A DNA stretch of 64,000 bases from Gemmatimonadota bacterium (GTDB lineage: Bacteria; Gemmatimonadota; Gemmatimonadetes; Gemmatimonadales; Gemmatimonadaceae): contig JADJAD010000006.1 in assembly GCA_016704465.1 (NCBI GenBank), positions 380,021 to 444,020 on the forward strand, written 5' to 3'. Shown in pieces: positions 28,367 through 37,968 of the stretch. The translations under genes and the position numbers were made by a program. The notes under the pieces were generated by a model. It was not told the DNA's origin. It did not search any database and worked only from the letters and a program-made list of their open reading frames with translations. Numbering within the stretch: the first letter of the stretch is position 1; every line of letters starts with the position of its first letter.

Positions 28367-30595
28367 ATGACCGAGTCGATGGACACCGAGCAGGCCGAGC
28401 CCACTTCGGGCTCGGCCTTTCTCGAGGAACGCATACGCACCCTCCTCCAGCAGATGACGCTGGAGGAGAAGATCGGGCAGATGGCGCAGGTCCCGAGCGG
28501 GGGCGGTCACCTCCCGCACCACCTGCGTGAGGCGATCCAGCGCGGGCAGGTGGGCTCCGTGATCAACGAGGTGGACGTCGCCACCGTCAACGAGTTGCAG
28601 CGCACCGCGGTCGAGGAGTCCCGGCTCGGCATCCCGCTGCTCGTGGGACGCGACGTCATCCACGGCTTCGCCACCGTCTTCCCCATCCCGTTGGGCCAGG
28701 CCGCCAGCTGGAACCCGCGGCTGGTCGAACTCGGCGCGCGCATCGCCGCCCACGAGGCGGCCTCGCGCGGCGTGAACTGGACCTTCGCCCCCATGATCGA
28801 CATCTCGCGCGACCCGCGCTGGGGGCGCATCGCCGAGTCGCTGGGCGAGGACCCGTTCCTGACCGGCTCGTTAGGTTCGGCGATGGTGCGCGGCTTTCAA
28901 GGCGAGGACCTCTCGGCCCCGGGTAGCATCGCCGCCTGCGCCAAGCACTTCGCCGGCTACGGCGCCAGCGAGAGCGGCAAGGACTACAACACCACCAACA
29001 TCCCCGAGGGGGAGCTGCGCAACGTCTACCTCCCGCCGTTCCAGGCGGCGGTGGATGCCGGCGTCGCTTCGATCATGACCTCGTTCAGTGACCTGAACGG
29101 CGTCCCGGCGACCGCGAACACGCTCATCCTGCAGCAGATCCTGCGCGATGAGTGGGGCTTTGACGGGTTGGTCGTGAGCGACTGGGACTCGATCCACCAA
29201 CTGGCGGTGCACGGCTTCACCGCCGGCGACCGCGACTCGGCGTTCGAGGCGGCGACTGCGGGCGTGGACATGGAGATGGCCAGCCAGACGTACGCCCACC
29301 ACCTGGCCTCGCTCGTCCACGACGGTCGCATGACCATCGAGCACATCGACACGATGGTGTCGAACATCCTGCGCACCAAGTTCCGGCTCGGGCTCTTCGA
29401 CACGCCGTACACCGACCCGTCGATGCTCCCCGACATCGCCGCCCCCGAGCACCTCGCCGCCGCGCGACACGCTGCGGTGGAGAGCCTCGTATTGCTCAAG
29501 AACGACGTTCGCGTGCTCCCGCTCTCGGCCGAGTCGCTCGCGTCGGTGGCAGTCATCGGCCCCTTGGCCGACGATCCGCAGGAACAGCTCGGAACGTGGA
29601 TCTTCGATGGCGATGCACGGCACAGCGTCACCGCGCTGCAGGCGATCCGGGACATGGTCGGCGACCGGGTAACCGTCCATCACGCCCGCGGTGTGGACAC
29701 GACGCGCAGCCACGATCGCAGTGGATTTGATGACGCCGTGCGCGCCGCCGAGCAGTCCGACGTCGTCGTGATGTTCCTCGGCGAGGAGGCCATTCTCAGC
29801 GGCGAGGCGCACTGCCGTGCGGACATCGCGCTCCCCGGCAACCAGGAGGCGCTGATTGACGCGCTCGCCGCGACCGGCAAGCCTCTCGTGCTCGTCCTGA
29901 TGACCGGGCGCCCGCTCGCCCTCGAGCGCGTGGTGCCGAAGGTGCACGCCGTGGTGTGCGCCTGGCACCCGGGGAGCCTCGGCGGCCCCGCCATCGCCGA
30001 CGTGCTGTTCGGCGTCGAGTCGCCTTCTGGCAAGCTCCCGGTCACGTTCCCAAGAGTGACCGGCCAGATCCCCATCTATTACAGCCACAAGCACGGCGGA
30101 AAGCCCGGCACCCCTGAGACCTTCGTCCACATCGACGACATCCAGGCGAGGGCGCCTCAGCTCTCCGTCGGCAACACGTCGTTTCACTTCGACGTGCATT
30201 ACTCCCCACTCTATCCGTTCGGGCACGGCCTGTCGTACACCACGTTCGAGTACGACAGCGTGCGGGTCGATCCGCCGGAGCTGGCCGTGAGCGGCACCAT
30301 CACCGTGAGCGCCGAGGTGACCAACACCGGCGATCGCGACGGCACCGAAGTCGCGCAGCTGTACGTGCGTGACCTCGTCGGGAACGTCACCCGCCCCGTA
30401 AAGGAGCTCAAGGGATTCCAGCGGGTCTTCCTTGCGGCGTACGAGCGACGCACCGTCTCGTTCACGCTCACGCCCGAGGATCTTTCGTTCTTTGGCCGAG
30501 CGAACACGCGCATCGTCGAGCCCGGGCGTTTTCATGTCTGGATCGGCGGGAGCAGCGACACCCAAACGCGCGCAGAGTTCGACCTCACTGACTGA
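28367..30595 (+). CDS. GH3 beta-glucosidase (BglX-like)
   Basis: Inner part of track ORF 27998-30595. ATG 28367 follows GGAGAGAGGAG. Motifs: LEEKIGQM, GRDVIHG, KHFAGYG, the nucleophile region GLVVSDW, and a C-terminal FnIII-like domain. Confidence 0.9.
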   Translation: MTESMDTEQAEPTSGSAFLEERIRTLLQQMTLEEKIGQMAQVPSGGGHLPHHLREAIQRGQVGSVINEVDVATVNELQRTAVEESRLGIPLLVGRDVIHGFATVFPIPLGQAASWNPRLVELGARIAAHEAASRGVNWTFAPMIDISRDPRWGRIAESLGEDPFLTGSLGSAMVRGFQGEDLSAPGSIAACAKHFAGYGASESGKDYNTTNIPEGELRNVYLPPFQAAVDAGVASIMTSFSDLNGVPATANTLILQQILRDEWGFDGLVVSDWDSIHQLAVHGFTAGDRDSAFEAATAGVDMEMASQTYAHHLASLVHDGRMTIEHIDTMVSNILRTKFRLGLFDTPYTDPSMLPDIAAPEHLAAARHAAVESLVLLKNDVRVLPLSAESLASVAVIGPLADDPQEQLGTWIFDGDARHSVTALQAIRDMVGDRVTVHHARGVDTTRSHDRSGFDDAVRAAEQSDVVVMFLGEEAILSGEAHCRADIALPGNQEALIDALAATGKPLVLVLMTGRPLALERVVPKVHAVVCAWHPGSLGGPAIADVLFGVESPSGKLPVTFPRVTGQIPIYYSHKHGGKPGTPETFVHIDDIQARAPQLSVGNTSFHFDVHYSPLYPFGHGLSYTTFEYDSVRVDPPELAVSGTITVSAEVTNTGDRDGTEVAQLYVRDLVGNVTRPVKELKGFQRVFLAAYERRTVSFTLTPEDLSFFGRANTRIVEPGRFHVWIGGSSDTQTRAEFDLTD

Positions 30596-30603
30596 CCACC
30601 ACC

Positions 30604-32441
30604 GTGACCACTCACGACACTCATATGAAAGATTCCACGCAGGATGACACCACGCCCGCCCGTGTGATGGACTTGCTCGCGCGAATGAGCCTGGACCAGA
30701 AGTTGGGGCAGATGCTGCAGCCCGAGCGTTTGTCCGTCACTCCCGACGACGTACGCGCGCATCACTTCGGCTCCATCCTGAGTGGTGGCGGCTCCACGCC
30801 AGGGGAGAACCGTCCGACCGACTGGGTCGCCATGAACGACGCCTACTGGGCCGCGTCGATGAGTGACGAGGAAGGCCGCGTCCCCATCCCGTTGCTGTAC
30901 GGCGTCGATGCCATCCACGGCAACGCCAATGTGTTAGGCGCGACGGTCTTCCCGCACAACATCGGGCTGGGGGCGGCCAACGATCCCGACCTGCTGCAGC
31001 GCATCGCCGAGGCGACCGCGAAGGAGATCCTGTCCACCGGCGTCGAGTGGACCTTTGCCCCGACGCTGGCCGTGGCGCGCGACATCCGGTGGGGACGCAC
31101 GTACGAGTCGTACTCCGAGGACCCGGCCCTCGTCGCGAGTTATGCCGGGCGCTTCGTGCGCGGGCTGCAGGGCGATTTAGGGCGCGACGGCGTGGTGGCA
31201 TGCGCGAAGCACTGGGTCGGCGACGGCGGCACACGGGACGGCTTCGACCAGGGGGAGACCGACATTCCCGAGCGCGAACTCGTCGAGACCCACATCGCTC
31301 CGTATCTCCCGGCGCTCGCCGAGGGGGTGCTGACCGTCATGGCGTCGTTCAACAGCTGGAACGGGGTCAAGTGCCATGGGCATCGCTACTTGTTGACCGA
31401 CGTGCTCAAGGCGCAGCTCGGCTTTGCGGGCTTTGTCATCAGCGACTGGGACGGCGTGGACTACCTGGACGCCGACTACGCCACCGCCATCGCCAAGGCG
31501 GTCAACGCCGGCGTGGACATGCTGATGGTGTCGGTGGAATGGCGCGCCTGCCTGGAACACCTCAAGCGCCTCGTGAGCGACGGGACGATTCCGCTGACGC
31601 GCATCGACGACGCCGTGCGGCGCATTCTGCTGGTGAAGCATCGTTACGGCCTGTTCGAGCGCCCGCGTCCCGGCAAGCGATACTGGTCCAGGCACAACGT
31701 GCTCGGGGCGCCCGAGCATCGCGCGATTGCCCGCGAGGCCGTGCGGAAGTCGCTCGTGTTGCTCAAGAATGAAGGGGGCGTGTTGCCCATCGATAAGGGG
31801 GCGCGCATCCTGGTCGCCGGGCGCAACGCGGACAACCGGGGGCATCAGTGTGGCGGGTTCACCGTGGCGTGGCAGGGGGCGTCGGGGAACGACTTCATCC
31901 ACGGGGGGACATCGATCTGGGAGGGGATTCGGGAGGTGGCGCCGCAGGCGGAGCTCAGCGTCGATGGCAGCGCTGCGGAGGCAGGGTCGCATGATGTGGC
32001 GATCGTGGTGATCGGGGAGCGGCCGTATGCGGAGGGGATGGGGACCTGCGGGGGGCGGAGACGGCGGGGGCGGGGTCAGGGCCGGGGGGGAAGCACAATC
32101 GGTTGAAGCCGTATGGCGACACGCTGGAGCTGGCGGCGTTGCATCCTGAGGACTTGGCGACGATTCGGGGGATTCAGGAGAAGGGGATTCCGGTTGTGAC
32201 GGTGTTGGTGTCGGGGCGGCCGTTGGTTGTGAATCGGGAGTTGGAATGCTCGGCGGCGTTTGTGGCGGCGTGGTTGCCGGGGTCGGAGGGGGGTGGGGTT
32301 GCCGACGTCTTGTTTGGCGCGCAGGAGTTCCAGGGGAGGTTGTCGTTTGCGTGGCCGGGGACGGGTGATGCGACGACGGCTGTGGCTCGGGGGGAGGAGT
32401 CGCTGCTTTCGCGCGGGTACGGGCTGCGGCTGGCGGTGTAG
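30604..32441 (+). CDS. GH3 beta-glucosidase / exo-beta-glucanase, frame broken once in a G-run near 32034-32045
   Basis: Track ORFs 30604-32106 and 32103-32441. Motifs: LDQKLGQM, GVDAIHG, KHWVGDGG and GFVISDW. The first frame ends ...ERPYAEGMGTCGGRRRRG*. The other frame reads GDLRGAE...KPYGDTLELAA...VSGRPLVV...WLPGSEGG. The start could be GTG 30604 or ATG 30625. Confidence 0.75.
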
Positions 32442-32491
32442 GGGTGAGGTGGGGCTCGCGGTTGAAGTCGGCTGCGGGCGGCTGGTGTGCG

Positions 32492-32522
32492 AACCGCGAG
32501 GTGCCTTGGGCATCTCGCGGTT
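32492..32522 (+). terminator. Hairpin AACCGCGAG-N13-CTCGCGGTT followed by TTTG
   Basis: A 9-bp perfect stem lies 50 nt after the GH3 stop. The T-tract is weak. Confidence 0.35.
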
Positions 32523-33048
32523 TGTCCGTCGGAGGGGGCCAAATACGGCGCGGACTTCACGTGCTTTGGCGGGCGCTACGAGAGTGGTCCCTCTTGTAGC
32601 GGTCCTCGCCGGGATGGAGCAAATTCACCCTCGCAGCGACGGATTGCGTCCCACGTGCCGGTCCGTCGTTGTTCAACGTGCGGCGGGGGGCAGCACCTGG
32701 TCCGCCGGCCCCCTCCGATGGCTATTGTGATTATCACGTGTTGTGTCGCATGATAATCCGGGCGGTTCCCGGGGAGCCCGGTGTCGAAGTCGGTGACTCT
32801 CAAGGGTTTGGATCGCCCGACGCGAATGCGACTGTCCGGAATTCGCATGCGCGGCGCCGGGCTGATAATGTGGTGGTTGCAGGTGTTCGCTGGATTCTCA
32901 ACTTCCGGTGAAGTAGCGTTGAACTAAACCGCTGCGCGGTAGTTGTTGTTGAGGACGGTTCTCCGAGCGGGGCCGTCCTTTTGCGTGTAGGGGAGTGTCC
33001 GTAACGTCGCGGGTGCAGGTCCTGCTTCCCCCGCTGACGGAGGTTTCG

Positions 33049-33924
33049 ATGCAGACGCTCACCGACCGGATGAGCGAAGACATGCGGCTGCGTGGCTTCG
33101 CGCGCACGACCCAGCTGGCGTATCGCGGTGCCGTGGTCCGATTGGCCGCGCATTTCGCGCGATTGCCCGACACGTTGGACACGCTCACCGAAGCCGAGCT
33201 GCGCGCGTTCTTCGTGGAGCTGGTCACGACGCGCCACGTGTCGCGCAGCACGTTGATCGTGTATCGCACCGGCATTCGGTTTTTGTACGAAGTGACGTTG
33301 CAGCGCACCTGGCCGGTGTTCGATCTCGTGCGCCCGGCGAAGCGCCACGTCCTGCCCGTCGTGCTGTCGCCCGAGGAAGTGCGCGCGCTGCTGGCGTCCG
33401 TGCAGGATCTCCGCGCCCGCATGGCGCTGATCGCGATCTATTCGTGCGGGCTCCGCGTGTCCGAAGGCGTCAGTCTGCACACCCGGGACATCGATAGTGT
33501 CCGCATGCTCGTCCATGTGCGCGCCGGCAAAGGCGGGCGGGATCGCTATGTGCCGCTGCCGCAGCGCACGCTCGAGCTGTTGCGGGTGTACTGGCGCACC
33601 GCCGCGCCGCGCCCCCGGTTCGGGCTCCCGCGTGGCCCGTGGCTCTTCGCGAATCGCGCAGCCACCGGCCCGTTGCAGGCGACGAGCCTGCAGAAGACGT
33701 TTGCGGCCGTCGTGCGCCGCAGCGCGCTGACCAAACACGCGTCGATCCACACCCTGCGGCATTCGTATGCGACGCATCTGCTCGAGTGCGGCGTGCATCT
33801 CCGCGCGATTCAGGAGCTGTTGGGCCATAAGAGTCCGGCGACCACCGCCGTCTACACGCACATCACCCCGCAGGTGACGAGTGTGTTGCAGCGCACGCTG
33901 AATGCCCTGATGGCCCCGCTGTAG
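33049..33924 (+). CDS. Tyrosine site-specific recombinase (phage-integrase family; Xer-like, not IntI-like)
   Basis: Inner part of track ORF 32995-33924. ATG 33049 follows GGAGG. Motifs: CGLRVSE, GKGGRDRYVPLP, HTLRHSYATHLLECG and LLGHKSPATTAVYTH. The GKG-to-LRH spacing is about 79 aa, so the IntI-specific insertion is absent. Confidence 0.85.
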   Translation: MQTLTDRMSEDMRLRGFARTTQLAYRGAVVRLAAHFARLPDTLDTLTEAELRAFFVELVTTRHVSRSTLIVYRTGIRFLYEVTLQRTWPVFDLVRPAKRHVLPVVLSPEEVRALLASVQDLRARMALIAIYSCGLRVSEGVSLHTRDIDSVRMLVHVRAGKGGRDRYVPLPQRTLELLRVYWRTAAPRPRFGLPRGPWLFANRAATGPLQATSLQKTFAAVVRRSALTKHASIHTLRHSYATHLLECGVHLRAIQELLGHKSPATTAVYTHITPQVTSVLQRTLNALMAPL

Positions 33925-33943
33925 CCTCCCGGCGGGACCGGCC

Positions 33944-35074
33944 ATGACCGTGGCCGCGGTCGTGCGAGAGTTCGGGCCGGCGTACGTGGCGCGCTTCGGC
34001 GCCACGATGCCGCCGGGCCATCGGCGTGCCCTCGAGGACCTGGCGGCCTGTCGCACCGCCGCCATGGGCGGACACGTCACGCAGTGCGACGCGTGCGGCC
34101 ACGAGCACTTCGTGTATCACTCGTGCCGCAATCGGAGCTGCCCGTCGTGTCATGGCGCGAGCACGCGCGCGTGGCTCGCCGCGCGCGCGACGGAGCTGCT
34201 CCCCGTGCCGTACTTCCATGTGGTGTTCACGCTCCCCGCCGACTTGCGGGCGATCGTGCGCACCCATCAGCGCGTCCTGCTCCCGGTGCTGCTGCAAACG
34301 GCGGCCGCCTCGCTCCAGGCGCTCGCCGCCGATCCGCACCATCTCGGCGGCACCGTCGGCATGCTCGCCGTCTTGCACACGTGGACCCGCACGCTCGTCT
34401 ATCATCCGCATGTGCACTGCTTGGTGCCCGGCGGCGCCCTCGCGCCCGATGGGGTCACGTGGCGCCCTGCGCGTGGACAGTATCTGGTCCCGGTGCGCGC
34501 GCTGTCGGCTGGCTTTCGCGCGCGCTTCCTGTTGCGCCTGAAGCGGGTCCTCCCCGCGGTCGTCGTGCCGGCCACCGTGTGGACGACGCCCTGGGTCGTG
34601 TACGCGAAGCCCACGGTGCAGGGCGCGGCCCTCGTGCTTCGGTATCTCGCGCGGTATGTCCATCGCGCGGCCATCACCGACGCGCGCATCCTGCGCGTCG
34701 ACGCCGCGACCGTGACGTTTCGCTATCAGGACGCCCGAGCGCGGGCGTGGCGCACGATGACGCTCCCGGGCGAGGAGTTCCTGCGGCGCTTCCTGCAGCA
34801 CGTGTTGCCGCGCGGCTTGCATAAAGTCCGCTACTACGGCTGGTGGCGCCCGCAGGCGGCGGCCGTCCGCGTGCGGCTGCACCAGCAACTCACCGCCCCG
34901 GCGTCCCGTCCCCCTCCGGGTGATCCGCCGCCAGACGCCGCAGCCGCGCCCGCCCCCGGCTGCCCCCCCTGCCCACCCTGCCCACACTGTGGGGCCGGGC
35001 ACCTGATCCGAACGCGACGCCTCCTCCGTACGCACACGGTCGCGTCCGACCGGACGCGCGCGAGGCCGCCGTAG
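33944..35074 (+). CDS. IS91-family (Y2, HUH-type) transposase
   Basis: The N-terminal zinc-binding region is CDACGHEHFVYHSCRNRSCPSCH. The core motifs are LHTWTRTLVYHPHVHCLVPGGAL and YLARYVHRAAI. Confidence 0.85.
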   Translation: MTVAAVVREFGPAYVARFGATMPPGHRRALEDLAACRTAAMGGHVTQCDACGHEHFVYHSCRNRSCPSCHGASTRAWLAARATELLPVPYFHVVFTLPADLRAIVRTHQRVLLPVLLQTAAASLQALAADPHHLGGTVGMLAVLHTWTRTLVYHPHVHCLVPGGALAPDGVTWRPARGQYLVPVRALSAGFRARFLLRLKRVLPAVVVPATVWTTPWVVYAKPTVQGAALVLRYLARYVHRAAITDARILRVDAATVTFRYQDARARAWRTMTLPGEEFLRRFLQHVLPRGLHKVRYYGWWRPQAAAVRVRLHQQLTAPASRPPPGDPPPDAAAAPAPGCPPCPPCPHCGAGHLIRTRRLLRTHTVASDRTRARPP

Positions 35075-35418
35075 TGCGCGCGCCGTCGTCGCGTCGTCCC
35101 GTACCCCCACCACCCGCCCGTCCGGCGCGCGCCACCGCCCGTGGCGTCGACGGGTCGCGCGCATGCGTCGGCCAAACCCCCGTGCGCACCGGCGACGATG
35201 CGTCCCCCACGTCACAGCCACGACCGACACGCCGCGCGCGCCGGACGACACGGCGCGGTCGCCCCCGGTGGTCCAGGTAGCGCCGAGCGCGCAACGGGTG
35301 CAAACTCCATAGAGCCAGGTCGGCGGTTCAGTTCAACTGAGGTTTGGCGTCGGCTGCGCGACGCAAAACCTCTGATTCGTTCGGCCGCTCCATCACTCTC
35401 CGGGACTCGGGTTAAGGA

Positions 35419-36513
35419 ATGACATTTCGACCGCAAGAGCCTGCCGAGCCACTTCGCTACACGGTAGAAGGAGTCGTACTGGAAAGTGATGAGGGAGACG
35501 TGAGATTGGCGGGCACATTCACTCGCCCACAATCAGGCCTCAGGACAGCCGCCGTCCTACTCATTCCGGGATCGGGCGCTCATGACCGTGACGAGCAGGT
35601 GTGTGGACATCGCCCATTCCTCGTCCTCGCGGATCACCTGACCCGTTCCGGAATTGCCGTGCTGCGTTTGGATGATCGCGGTGTTGGCGAATCGACGGGC
35701 GACAAGGATCAGTGCACGCACAACGACCTACTGCGGGATGTGCGCTTGGCGCTGGAGTTTCTGGCCGCGCACGAGGATGTCGATGCAACCCGACTTGGCC
35801 TCATCGGCCATAGCGAGGGAGCCGTGTTGGCGGCGGCCGCTGCGACGCGGTACAAGCAGCTTGCGTTGATAGTGCTCATGGGGTGTCCGACACTTCCGGG
35901 CGAACAGACTATTCACGAACAGTCAGCGCTCATCTCCCGGCAGGCAGGAGCTACCGATGCACAAGTTGCACACGAGCGGCGAATGAATGAAGAGGTGTTT
36001 GCGGTTCTCAAGTGCCCAATCAGACACGAGTCTGCGCGCGAGCAGATTCTTTCGATTCTCGCATCCCACCTGAAATCTTGGCAGGACCAGCCGGTCGAGG
36101 ATGACGAAGTGGCAACGCACATTAACCGGATGGCTGATACCGTGCTGACGCCGGCTTTTCGGTCGTTCTTGAACTGCGAGCCTGCCCTCCATTTTCGGCG
36201 GGTTCGCTGCCCCGTACTGGCTCTCTTCGGCGAACTCGACATTCAGGTGCCACCGGCCTTGCATATGCAGGTGCTTAGGGAAGCATTGTCGGCAGCAGGC
36301 AATCCTGATGTCACAATCGAGGAGTTTCCTGGCTTGAACCATCTTTTTCAGACTGCAACAAGCGGCGCGATATCGGAATACGAGGTGATTGAAGAGACCA
36401 TCGCGCCTTCGGTGCTGGAGCGACTTTCCGATTGGATTCGTTCGCGCACTCATGACGGCGCTGCCGAACAACAGCATGCAGCGGACGTCGCTGCGCGCCG
36501 CCGCTCATGCTGA
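35419..36513 (+). CDS. Alpha/beta hydrolase (cassette ORF 1)
   Basis: The nucleophile elbow is LIGHSEGAVLAA. Also present are LLIPGSGAHDRDE and the late motif GLNHLF. GC is lower than the flanks. GTTAAGG precedes the ATG. Confidence 0.8.
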   Translation: MTFRPQEPAEPLRYTVEGVVLESDEGDVRLAGTFTRPQSGLRTAAVLLIPGSGAHDRDEQVCGHRPFLVLADHLTRSGIAVLRLDDRGVGESTGDKDQCTHNDLLRDVRLALEFLAAHEDVDATRLGLIGHSEGAVLAAAAATRYKQLALIVLMGCPTLPGEQTIHEQSALISRQAGATDAQVAHERRMNEEVFAVLKCPIRHESAREQILSILASHLKSWQDQPVEDDEVATHINRMADTVLTPAFRSFLNCEPALHFRRVRCPVLALFGELDIQVPPALHMQVLREALSAAGNPDVTIEEFPGLNHLFQTATSGAISEYEVIEETIAPSVLERLSDWIRSRTHDGAAEQQHAADVAARRRSC

Positions 36514-36522
36514 GCGTTCGGC
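36463..36522 (+). other. attC-like site (60 bp): GCCGAAC ... GTTCGGC
   Basis: The sequence is GCCGAACAACAGCATGCAGCGG-acgtcgctgcgcgccg-CCGCTCATGCTGAGCGTTCGGC. The outer 7-mers are perfectly complementary, the spacers are unpaired, and the inner arms have one bulged base. The site overlaps the last 17 codons of the hydrolase ORF. Confidence 0.6.
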
Positions 36523-36598
36523 AGACCGATGAGTAGCAGCGTATTTGCTGCGCACTACGCCACGCTCCAGCGCTTTTCCGGCTTTGATGGGACATTGA

Positions 36599-36904
36599 GT
36601 GCTGCATCACTTCCTCCTCCTTCGAGATCGCTTGGCCGGCAAGTTGTTCGGTCTCACGGTCCTTGCCGTTCTTGTCGTGGGGTGGGCGTGGGTCACCATG
36701 CGGGCGCGCTCCCTCCATGATCGGGAGGACTGGGTCTGGTGCCAAGGCGCCTACGCGCGCGCTAAGACGGCTGCTGAATCCACCGGGCTTGACGCCTCCT
36801 ACCCACCCAACCGCGGGCGTTCAACGGTACTGAGCTTGCGATGTCGCGATCGGCGACGCCAATTCGAGCAGCCGTCCGTCGCACCTACTCGGTCCAATCC
36901 ATAG
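36599..36904 (+). CDS. Small hypothetical membrane protein (cassette ORF 2)
   Basis: 101 aa with one TM-like segment (KLFGLTVLAVLVVGWAWV). It is bracketed by attC-like sites. No family was recognised. Confidence 0.35.
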   Translation: MLHHFLLLRDRLAGKLFGLTVLAVLVVGWAWVTMRARSLHDREDWVWCQGAYARAKTAAESTGLDASYPPNRGRSTVLSLRCRDRRRQFEQPSVAPTRSNP

Positions 36905-36914
36905 TGCGCGCGCT

Positions 36915-37012
36915 GCCGAACGGACGCTGCAACAGACAGCGGATCTATTGAATCGTGCGGCCTGCGGCCGCACTCTATTTGCCTCCGCTGCAGTTGAGCT
37001 CAGGCGTTAGGC
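36915..37012 (+). other. attC-like site (98 bp): GCCGAAC ... GTTAGGC
   Basis: The left arm GCCGAACGGACGCTGCAACAGACAGCGG pairs with the right arm CCGCTGCAGTTGAGCTCAGGCGTTAGGC. The central hairpin is GTGCGGCC-tgc-GGCCGCAC. The site starts 10 nt after the ORF stop. Confidence 0.55.
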
Positions 37013-37172
37013 CGCTAGTAAGGCGATCGAAGCGAGCAAGGAACCGCGCCGCCACCCGCGGGATGCGACGGAGGAATAGCGGCTTCCAACGACGGCAGCG
37101 TTTCCAGTCAGCGACGCGTACCTGACACATATGGCTTGCTTAGCACGCTGACACATCTACAGGGAGGGGAAG

Positions 37173-37937
37173 TTGACCAATGCACTCGAAGGTCGCACCG
37201 TCAGACTCAGGCCACCGGCAACGGCCCTGATCTTCACTCTGAGCCTCGCCACCTTGGCGTGTTCGAGCGATCCAACGCAACCTGTCACGTCCGCTCCCGA
37301 TCTCGGCAAGCCGTCGGTTGCGCTGGCCACCCTCGTGACCAGCTCCGGGATTGCCGATCAGTTCACGACGCTCAACACCTCCGTCTGGTGGCAATCGGCA
37401 TACCAGACTCCCACGAAGAACGGCTACTTTCGGACTTCGAACGCCACGGTCGCTGGTGGGAATCTGGAATTGTGGCTACCGAAGAACACGTATGACGGTG
37501 GGCAAGTGGAGACCAGGCTCTCGTACGGGTACGGGACATACGAGGCGATCATGAAGTGTTCGCCCGCCCGCTCAGCCCTTTGCACCGTGTACTCGTATGC
37601 CAGCAATGGGGATGAGATTGACATCGAGGTCTACTACAGCGGCGGCTGGAAGCTCGACTTCCTAGTATGGAAGCGCGGGGTGAAGAGCTGTCGACAAGCG
37701 ATTGCGGCGCCGTTCGATCCGAGCGCTGCCTATCACACCTACACATACGCCTTTTCGTCATCAGCAGTCCGATTCTACGTTGACGGCGTATTGAAGTCTT
37801 CGTGTGTGTCGACACTGAGTCTGCCAGCTCCGAGTATGAAGTTTCTCTTGTCCGCATGGCAGCCCAGCTGGCTGAACGTAAGCAAGCCTACAAGTACGAC
37901 CGCCACGCGCGTAACGGCCGCCTACTATCGTCCGTAG
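37173..37937 (+). CDS. GH16 / concanavalin-like glucanase-fold lipoprotein (cassette ORF 3)
   Basis: The TTG start follows GGGAGGGG. The lipobox is LSLATLAC. The GH16-type catalytic strand is SNGDEIDIEVYY (ExDxE). Confidence 0.7.
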   Translation: MTNALEGRTVRLRPPATALIFTLSLATLACSSDPTQPVTSAPDLGKPSVALATLVTSSGIADQFTTLNTSVWWQSAYQTPTKNGYFRTSNATVAGGNLELWLPKNTYDGGQVETRLSYGYGTYEAIMKCSPARSALCTVYSYASNGDEIDIEVYYSGGWKLDFLVWKRGVKSCRQAIAAPFDPSAAYHTYTYAFSSSAVRFYVDGVLKSSCVSTLSLPAPSMKFLLSAWQPSWLNVSKPTSTTATRVTAAYYRP

Positions 37938-37968
37938 TCCAATGAAAGATGCAAAGGGCGCGGGAGCG

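Larger units (their letters stand above)
32950..35340 (+). mobile_element. IS91-family element carrying a tyrosine recombinase ORF plus a Y2 rolling-circle transposase; ends approximate
   Basis: The two adjacent ORFs are listed below. Hairpin GGACGG-N14-CCGTCC-TTTT lies at about 32953-32985, upstream. Downstream are palindrome TCAGTTCAACTGA (35325-35337), hairpin GGTTTGGCGTC-N8-GACGCAAAACC (35341-35370) and two GTTC tetramers at 35316-35334. The boundaries are not proven. Confidence 0.5.

Noticed and set aside
33049-33924. Tyrosine recombinase considered as the integron integrase (IntI) for the cassette array
   Set aside because: The GKG-to-LRH spacing is about 79 aa, as in XerC/D. The roughly 30-aa IntI-specific insertion is absent. 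The gene is paired with an IS91 transposase 20 bp downstream, and it points towards the array rather than diverging from an attI/Pc region.
36311-36745. Minus-strand ORF preceded by a strong AAGGAGGAGG Shine-Dalgarno-like run
   Set aside because: It is largely antisense to the alpha/beta hydrolase gene. Its sequence is low-complexity with no motifs, and the purine run is the complement of a coding stretch.
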